Assembly (NCBI RefSeq): GCF_000175255.2
Contig: NC_017262.1
Span: 660,001 to 692,000, forward strand
DNA length: 32,000 nt
Origin: Zymomonas mobilis subsp. mobilis ATCC 10988
GTDB lineage: Bacteria; Pseudomonadota; Alphaproteobacteria; Sphingomonadales; Sphingomonadaceae
Reading direction: 5' to 3'
Shown: positions 24,990 to 30,854 of the stretch, piece after piece
Numbering within the stretch: position 1 is the stretch's first letter
Layout of the letters: each line of letters begins with the position of its first letter
Translations under genes and position numbers: made by a program
The notes under the pieces: generated by a model
Seen by the model: the letters and a program-made list of their open reading frames with translations, nothing else
What the model was told of the DNA's origin: nothing
Database searches by the model: none

Positions 24990-27900
24990 GTGATAAAGAA
25001 AAACGAGCGACCTTATTCCCATTATTCCCTCTTACGGCTCAAAAATCTTTATCAGGAAAACCCTAGAAATCCGCATATTCTATCGCTTATCCACGATGAA
25101 CTAGGCTATAGAAACAGCGATTTCGCACAGGATTTAATCCAAAAAATCGAATGGGCTATTCAAAAAATAGACCGAGACGCCACTCAAAAAGAAGCCAGCT
25201 TTTCTTTTTTTGAAGAAGAAAAACCCCTTTCTCAAAAAGGGAATAAGAAATTTAACCTACTGGATAAATTGCTGCATTTCTTGCCCAGTTTTAAGGCTAA
25301 AAAAGCCAATGAACCCGCGGCTATTCTCGCGACATGGACAGCCGAAGAAGCGCTTTCACCTCAGACCTACCGCAATCCCGAAGATTTAGCCTCAGGCGAT
25401 AAAAAAGCGGTCGCCTCACTAACAAGAGCACAGCTTCCATGGGAAAATCGCGAAAGCCTGCCCCCTAAAAAAAGGCTCTATTATCAGATTATTCTTGGCT
25501 CTATCCCCATGCAGGAAGCAACAGAAAAACTGATCCAGCTTTTTGGCAAGGATGAAGAAACACGACAAAGAATAAAGGAAAAATCGGCTATTGCCGCTAT
25601 TCTCGTCGATGATCGCGGTTTTCTTGTAGAAGATAACAATGTTGCCATTTCCAGCTTTGCATGGGCGTTACCGCAAGCCTTAAAGGGAAAACTCGATATT
25701 CTAGGGGCTTGGCCGGATATCGAACCCCAAGTCACCGAATATCTCACCACTATCCTCCAGAATAACGGCACAGACGGGAAAAAGCAGCCTCTCGACAGAG
25801 GTATTTTGGAAGAAGCCTTTCAATGGATAACGGAACAATTTGGCTTGCCTTCCGATCTTATCGAAGCACCCAGCTTTGCGCTTCGGATCTACCACCCGTT
25901 GTCATCAGACAAGCCCCCGCAAGCTACGCTTCTTAATTCCTTTTTCTTGGGGGATCTTGCGCTGGCACGCAGTCTTCTTCAGCAGGGAAAGGCCAATTCC
26001 AGCCTAATCTATTATCTCGGTGATAAAAAAGCCGAAAATATTTTCAATTTGCTTACCGATCATGATGCCGTTGAAAAAGCCGTTTCGCCTGCCCTAATGC
26101 CGATCGCCCGTTGGCCTTCCGCTGGCGGTCATGCTCTGGTGCTATTGCAACAAGCCGCCGTTAATCTAACCCGTGACCAATTACAGGAAAAAGACGGCAT
26201 CATCGCCGTTAATGGGCCCCCGGGGACAGGGAAAACAACCTTACTTCGGGATGTTATTGCGGCAGCGGTGGTCGATCGCGCCACGGCCATGGCCGAATTT
26301 GATGACCCAGAACACGCCTTCATCCCGACTGGTAAAAAAATAACGATGGGCGAAAAGGCGTTTTTCCATCTTTACCGCCTCGACCCGTCGATCAAAGGGC
26401 ATGAAATTATTGTTGCTTCCAGTAATAACAAGGCGGTCGAAAATATCAGCCAAGAATTACCGGCTATAGAGGCTATTGGCCGCTCAACAGAAGAATTAAA
26501 CTATTTCCGTAGCATCAGCGATCAACTCCTCAACCCGCAAAGCTATTTTGAAAAAAATAACAGCGCAGATGATAAAAAAACGGAAAATAACAAAAGCTGG
26601 GGGTTAATCGCGGCCGCTTTGGGCAATGCCAAAAATCGACATCAATTTTTGCAAAGTTTTTGGTGGGATCAAGAATATGGTTTCAGAAATTATCTGAAAG
26701 CGGCTCGGGGCGATAAAGTCGTTCTTCCTACCCGAAATCCAACAACAAAACAGGTCATCGGTGAGCATCAACCCGCTATTGTCGAAGCCGAAAATCCCCC
26801 TTCCCCCCAAGAGGCCAAGACCCGTTGGCAAAAATCCCGAATTCACTTCAAAAACCTCAAAAATGAAATTGAGACGGAATTAAAAGACCTCCATACGGTG
26901 CGACATATCGTTCAGGAGATAACAAAATTACGCAAGCCGCTCACCGAAAGTGAAACCGCTTTTTCGCATCTGCAACGCCTTACAACCCAAGCCAAAGATC
27001 ATCACCGCTATTGCTTTAAACAACAGGCAAAAGCCAAAGCTATCCATGAAGGCGCGCTGGAAAATATAGCTCGCCATCAAAGCGAACGACCTTGGATATT
27101 TGCCCGCTGGTTCAAAACCAAAGGCTGGGAAGCATGGCTCCAAGCCTATACACGATTGGAACTTCTCGCCTCTCGTGCCGAAATTGACGAAAAGCTTGCC
27201 GATCAATCTTATAGTGAAGCAGCCCAGTCATTAGAAAAGCTACAATCTGAATATGAAGCACAAAAAAAACAGCTTGAACATTTGCAGCGGAAGCTTGCCG
27301 ACTACAATAATCGGATAGCGCCTTATCGTGCGTCTCTTGGCGATAGAATTATTGACGATTCATTTTTCAAAAAAAGCCATGAAGAGATCAATCTTACTTC
27401 CCCATGGCTCCCCGACAGCTTGCATCGGAAAAGAGAAGATCTTTTTATTGCGGCTCTGAACCTTCACCATGCCTTTATCGATGCTTCTGCACAAAAATTT
27501 CTACATAACCTAAGCATCTTCATCAAAATCTTCTCCTCAGGTTCGCCTTCGAACGAAGATGAAAAACAATATCTCGGCGACCTATGGTCAAGCCTATTCA
27601 TGGTCGTTCCCGTCATTTCAACCACCTTTGCCTCAATAGGCCGTATGCTGGGTAACCTTCCGCCTAATAGTATTGGCTGGCTTCTGATTGATGAAGCAGG
27701 ACAAGCCGTGCCACAAGCCGCCGCAGGGGCAATTCTGTGGGCAAAGCGTTCAGTCGTCGTCGGCGACCCTTTGCAAATCCCCCCCGTCGTTTCTTTGCCG
27801 GAGCAACTGACCTCCAAGATTTGCCAATTTTTCAAAGTTGATAAATCAATCTGGTCAGCGCCAGATGCTTCAGCGCAAAGTTTGGCCGATCAAGCCTCCA

Positions 27901-28565
27901 ATTTCCAAGCTGTCTTCAATTCGGATCAGGATGGTCGCCGCGTTGGCATCCCTTTATTGGTGCATCGACGCTGCCAGAATCCGATGTTCGAGATTTCAAA
28001 CCGAATTGCTTATGACAACCAGATGGTTCATGCTGCTGGCAATCCCTCCATTGGTGCTATCGGCAAGGTAATTGGCCGATCCCGTTGGCTGGATGTAAAA
28101 GGTGAAGCAGATACCAAATGGTGCGAAGCCGAAGGCCAAGTTGTTATCGATTTTCTAGAAAAGCTGGCAGCAGCAAGCATAACCTCCCCCGATTTATTTA
28201 TCATTACCCCCTTTCGCATTGTCTCAAGCGAATTAAAGCTGCGCCTTAGCCAAAAATCGAGCCTACTTGAAAGACTCCAAATCAAAAATAGTGAATGGAT
28301 TAGAAGCCATATTGGCACAGTTCATACATTTCAGGGGAAAGAAGCGGATTCTGTTATTTTGCTACTAGGGGCTCCTGCGAATAATCAAAACGGTGCGCGC
28401 CGCTGGGCAGCCGAAACGCCAAATATTTTTAATGTTGCAGTATCACGAGCCAAGCAGAATATTTACGTCATTGGCTCTTATGATGCATGGGCAAAAGTTG
28501 GTTATACACAAGATATTGCACATAGCCTGCCCTGTAATCGTAGCAATAACAGCCCTGCGGCATAA
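24990..28565 (+). CDS. Large (1191 aa) Upf1/DNA2-like superfamily-1B helicase (AAA_11/AAA_12-type core) with an uncharacterised N-terminal domain and a long coiled-coil insertion
   Basis: GTG start; there is no in-frame ATG for about 170 codons. Helicase motifs: Q-like LLQQAAVN; I GPPGTGKT (aa 409-416, nt 26214-26237); Ia VASSNNKAVENI (475-486); TTFAS (878-882); II DEAGQ (901-905, nt 27690-27704); III VVVGDPLQIPPV (922-933); IV HRRCQNPM (992-999); V VHTFQGKEAD (1111-1120); VI NVAVSRAK (1148-1155). I could not assign aa 1-385 or aa 487-871. Confidence 0.85.
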   Translation: MIKKNERPYSHYSLLRLKNLYQENPRNPHILSLIHDELGYRNSDFAQDLIQKIEWAIQKIDRDATQKEASFSFFEEEKPLSQKGNKKFNLLDKLLHFLPSFKAKKANEPAAILATWTAEEALSPQTYRNPEDLASGDKKAVASLTRAQLPWENRESLPPKKRLYYQIILGSIPMQEATEKLIQLFGKDEETRQRIKEKSAIAAILVDDRGFLVEDNNVAISSFAWALPQALKGKLDILGAWPDIEPQVTEYLTTILQNNGTDGKKQPLDRGILEEAFQWITEQFGLPSDLIEAPSFALRIYHPLSSDKPPQATLLNSFFLGDLALARSLLQQGKANSSLIYYLGDKKAENIFNLLTDHDAVEKAVSPALMPIARWPSAGGHALVLLQQAAVNLTRDQLQEKDGIIAVNGPPGTGKTTLLRDVIAAAVVDRATAMAEFDDPEHAFIPTGKKITMGEKAFFHLYRLDPSIKGHEIIVASSNNKAVENISQELPAIEAIGRSTEELNYFRSISDQLLNPQSYFEKNNSADDKKTENNKSWGLIAAALGNAKNRHQFLQSFWWDQEYGFRNYLKAARGDKVVLPTRNPTTKQVIGEHQPAIVEAENPPSPQEAKTRWQKSRIHFKNLKNEIETELKDLHTVRHIVQEITKLRKPLTESETAFSHLQRLTTQAKDHHRYCFKQQAKAKAIHEGALENIARHQSERPWIFARWFKTKGWEAWLQAYTRLELLASRAEIDEKLADQSYSEAAQSLEKLQSEYEAQKKQLEHLQRKLADYNNRIAPYRASLGDRIIDDSFFKKSHEEINLTSPWLPDSLHRKREDLFIAALNLHHAFIDASAQKFLHNLSIFIKIFSSGSPSNEDEKQYLGDLWSSLFMVVPVISTTFASIGRMLGNLPPNSIGWLLIDEAGQAVPQAAAGAILWAKRSVVVGDPLQIPPVVSLPEQLTSKICQFFKVDKSIWSAPDASAQSLADQASNFQAVFNSDQDGRRVGIPLLVHRRCQNPMFEISNRIAYDNQMVHAAGNPSIGAIGKVIGRSRWLDVKGEADTKWCEAEGQVVIDFLEKLAAASITSPDLFIITPFRIVSSELKLRLSQKSSLLERLQIKNSEWIRSHIGTVHTFQGKEADSVILLLGAPANNQNGARRWAAETPNIFNVAVSRAKQNIYVIGSYDAWAKVGYTQDIAHSLPCNRSNNSPAA

Positions 28566-28715
28566 GCGGCATAAACTGTCGTTATTCTTCATGCCTTCAG
28601 ATTAACGCATGCCGAGACATCGCTAAGTTAGCTGGCTGATTCCTAAGAACCTGATTTCGCCTCATCTTAGGTGATACTCAAAATATCTGGCTGTTTAGAT
28701 ATTGTGTTTAAGACA

Positions 28716-28748
28716 TAAAAAAACAGCCATTACTAAAAAGTAAGGCTG
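28716..28748 (-). terminator. Rho-independent terminator of tRNA-Val (minus strand)
   Basis: On the minus strand, CAGCCTTACT-TTTT-AGTAATGGCTG (one bulged base) is followed by TTTTTTT (the A-run at 28716-23 on the + strand). It begins 28 nt downstream of the tRNA-Val 3' end. It may also stop read-through from the helicase gene. Confidence 0.7.
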
Positions 28749-28775
28749 CTTGCTTCACTCCAAGAAGGAGAAGAT

Positions 28776-28850
28776 GGTGGACGCGGCAAGGATTGAACTT
28801 GCGACCCCTGCGATGTCAACACAGTGCTCTACCACTGAGCTACGCGTCCT
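28776..28850 (-). tRNA. tRNA-Val (anticodon GAC), CCA encoded
   Basis: The reverse complement folds cleanly: GGACGCG-TA-GCTC-AGTGGTA-GAGC-A-CTGTG-TTGACAT-CGCAG-GGGTC-GCAAG-TTCAATC-CTTGC-CGCGTCC-A-CCA. Confidence 0.92.
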
Positions 28851-28862
28851 CCGTGGAAGCGG

Positions 28863-28891
28863 CTTCTATGGGTAAAACGTTTCTCATGCAA
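28863..28891 (-). promoter_or_regulatory. Putative sigma70-type promoter of tRNA-Val
   Basis: On the minus strand: TTGCAT (28891-28886), a 17-nt spacer, then TAGAAG (28868-28863), 12 nt before the mature 5' end. Confidence 0.35.
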
Positions 28892-29084
28892 GCCTTTTTT
28901 TATATTTTTTTGAAAAAAGATATAAATTTTACGTCCTATGAGAAAATACTCCTTATAATTAGGGGATTTTTTTGATCTTCTTAAAAAATCAAAAACCTTG
29001 TTTCCATTAATCTCCATCATAAAAAAATCTTGGAATTTTTTTCCTCTCTATTTCTACAGAGAATCATCCCCGTTGATTCCTCTG

Positions 29085-29148
29085 GGAAAAGACCGCTTAG
29101 AGCAAAGCGATCTTTTCCTTAAAATAATTCTCTCAAGAGAATTATTTT
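29085..29148. repeat. Two adjacent strong hairpins/palindromes in an otherwise gene-free AT-rich spacer
   Basis: Hairpin 1: GGAAAAGACCGCTT (29085-29098) pairs with AAGCGATCTTTTCC (29104-29117), 14 bp with one mismatch. Hairpin 2: AAAATAATTCTCT (29121-29133) pairs with AGAGAATTATTTT (29136-29148), 13 bp perfect with a 2-nt loop, and a T-run follows on the + strand. Confidence 0.6.
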
Positions 29149-29277
29149 TGGCGTTACCAGCAATATAAAAATGCAATCGCCAATTAATTACAAATAGCAA
29201 ATATCATTATTGTAATATTTAAAGAAAATTACTTGAAATTAGATCAATCAAAATAAATATATAGCACAAGGAGGAGA

Positions 29278-30003
29278 GTGAAGAAGGAAATATTGATGCG
29301 TATTCTTGCCAAATCTATAGCATTAGCTATTCTAACAACCACCCCGATCTTGGCGGCAACTACAACAACATCACCTTTGCATTCTGTCCATACGAAATGG
29401 GAAGAGCATAAGGCTGACCGCGCTTTGGATCATCTTTCCCAGTCCGGACAATATGCAATGGTCGATATTCTGCAGGCCAAGCATATTTTAGATTCTGGAG
29501 AAAGTGCATCAGCCTTACCTTTGCTACTTCGCGCATCAAAACGCCTTGTCGCTGCTGGCAATGATCGTCAAAAATTCATCGCAGCAGAAAGTGACTTGCA
29601 TCCCGTTCCTCAACATCCGGCTTCATCTTCTCACACACCTATAATTGAAAAAACGGCATGGATTCCTGTCGGCGGTGAATTTATTGTTGGAGAAGAACTG
29701 GCTCCAGAAAAGAAAACCGCTATTGCGACAGCCAATAGCCAACTCAAATCAGGCCAACGACAAGAAGTTGTGGAAACCATGAAGGTTGTCGGAGAAGATA
29801 CTGATTTTATTGTGGCTCTTGCCCCCTTGGCTCAAACACAAAAGGCTATAAATCAAGCTATTGCTCTAGCTAAAAGCAATAAATCTCAAGAGGCGTCACA
29901 GGTTATCGATCATGTGATGGATAGCCTTGTTTTTATATCGGATAACGATGTTGAAACCATTATTCCAACAAGCAAGCATGCCTCAACTCCCCATAAGAAA
30001 TAA
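29278..30003 (+). CDS. YfdX-family periplasmic protein
   Basis: Signal peptide MRILAKSIALAILTTTPILAA. LSQSGQYAMVDILQAKHILDSGE and LAPEKKTAIATANSQLKSGQ...ALAPLAQTQKAINQAIALAKSNKSQEA parallel the E. coli YfdX blocks as I recall them (ISEQGLYAMRDVQVARLAL; TPEKEAAIKIANEKMAKGD...MPLKQTRNALADAQKLL). GTG 29278 has AAGGAGGAG just upstream; ATG 29296 is an alternative start. Confidence 0.7.
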   Translation: MKKEILMRILAKSIALAILTTTPILAATTTTSPLHSVHTKWEEHKADRALDHLSQSGQYAMVDILQAKHILDSGESASALPLLLRASKRLVAAGNDRQKFIAAESDLHPVPQHPASSSHTPIIEKTAWIPVGGEFIVGEELAPEKKTAIATANSQLKSGQRQEVVETMKVVGEDTDFIVALAPLAQTQKAINQAIALAKSNKSQEASQVIDHVMDSLVFISDNDVETIIPTSKHASTPHKK

Positions 30004-30019
30004 TTCCTATGCAAAGCAT

Positions 30020-30052
30020 TTCTATCGAGTAAGCCTTATGCTTACTCGATAG
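30020..30052 (+). terminator. Strong hairpin after the YfdX-family gene (no clear U-tract)
   Basis: TCTATCGAGTAAGC (30020-30033) pairs with GCTTACTCGATAGA (30039-30052), a 14-bp perfect stem with a 5-nt loop. Confidence 0.5.
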
Positions 30053-30273
30053 AAAACGCAGATAGTAATTGCGGTTACTGCTCTCGATTTCCAGCATCAC
30101 CTCATTATTCATTATTTCCACATTCAAAAAATAAAAAATAAAAATGATGGAAAGGGATAGCTCTTCAGGCGTTCATAAAAACAACGATCAAAATAACGGG
30201 GAATAAAACTCTTTTGAATAAAGAGCCTCGTTTTATTCAAAGCATATCGTTTTGAAGATAAGGAGTATACCGA

Positions 30274-30699
30274 ATGTCTGTTGATGCTAAATACCATGCA
30301 ACTGCCATAGCAACCGGTGGCCGTGATGGCCGTTCGCGTACGACGGACGGTTCCTTAGATATCAAAATGACGGTACCAAAAGAGCTGGGCGGTCCAGGCG
30401 GTGAAGGTAATAATCCGGAACAACTTTTTGCAGCGGGTTATTCGGCCTGTTTCCTTGGTGCAATGAAGGCGGTCGCGCCAAAACTCAATCTAACGGTGCC
30501 GAAGGATGCAACCGTTGAGGCTACGATTGGGATTGGCCCCCGTTCCGAAGGTGGCTTCGGGATCACTGCGGATCTCTCTATTCATCTGCCAGGTTTTTCT
30601 AAAGAAGATGCAAAAAAACTGGTGGAAACGGCTCATCAAGTCTGCCCTTATTCCAATGCGACCAGAAATAATGTCAATGTTGGCTTAAAAATCGTCTAA
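30274..30699 (+). CDS. ohr: Organic hydroperoxide resistance protein (OsmC/Ohr family, Ohr subtype)
   Basis: 141 aa. PEQLFAAGYSACF and HQVCPYSNA contain the two catalytic Cys in the canonical Ohr contexts. AAGGAG lies 8 nt upstream of the ATG. Confidence 0.92.
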   Translation: MSVDAKYHATAIATGGRDGRSRTTDGSLDIKMTVPKELGGPGGEGNNPEQLFAAGYSACFLGAMKAVAPKLNLTVPKDATVEATIGIGPRSEGGFGITADLSIHLPGFSKEDAKKLVETAHQVCPYSNATRNNVNVGLKIV

Positions 30700-30736
30700 C
30701 AAGATTGATTTTTCTTCATTTTTTCTAGATTTATCC

Positions 30737-30782
30737 GGCTTTCGGTGCCTATTCTTCACGATGTGGGGTGGCGCCGAAAGCC
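30737..30782 (+). terminator. Terminator hairpin after ohr
   Basis: GGCTTTCGGTGCC (30737-30749) pairs with GGCGCCGAAAGCC (30770-30782), 13 bp with one G-U pair, followed by TTCTT. Confidence 0.55.
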
Positions 30783-30854
30783 TTCTTACGTTACAAGAAG
30801 GCAAGCGTTTCCCAGACGCCTATTTATGTCCACTTAATCGGAAGATATGATCCC

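Noticed and set aside
24990-26144. Nuclease or toxin motifs (PD-(D/E)xK, PLD HxK, HNH, HEPN Rx4-6H, NERD) in the helicase N-terminal module
   Set aside because: Only chance-level short matches appear, for example VDDRG...EDN and scattered R...H spacings. Nothing has the correct spacing and context, so I make no nuclease call.
25484-28318. Several 60-120-aa antisense or off-frame ORFs inside the helicase gene (25484..25771, 26129..26323, 27464..27835, 28028..28318 and others)
   Set aside because: They are nested in a long ORF that has an ordered helicase motif series. They are typical shadow ORFs.
24764-28775. Calling the helicase insert a mobile element or integrative island
   Set aside because: There is no integrase, transposase or excisionase ORF. 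By eye I could not find a direct repeat of either tRNA 3' end (GGTTCGAATCCCCTCGGGGGCACCA or its tRNA-Val counterpart) at the opposite border. The islet interpretation therefore rests only on context and composition.
28793-29020. ORFs 28793..28975 (+) and 28829..29020 (-)
   Set aside because: Both overlap tRNA-Val and/or its promoter and run through homopolymer-rich AT sequence. Neither has a Shine-Dalgarno sequence, and the peptides are implausible.
30768-30854. GTG 30768 as the gyrA start
   Set aside because: It lies inside the second arm of the ohr terminator hairpin (30770-30782) and would add about 29 non-conserved residues. TTG 30855 gives an N-terminus of typical length and has GGAAGA upstream.
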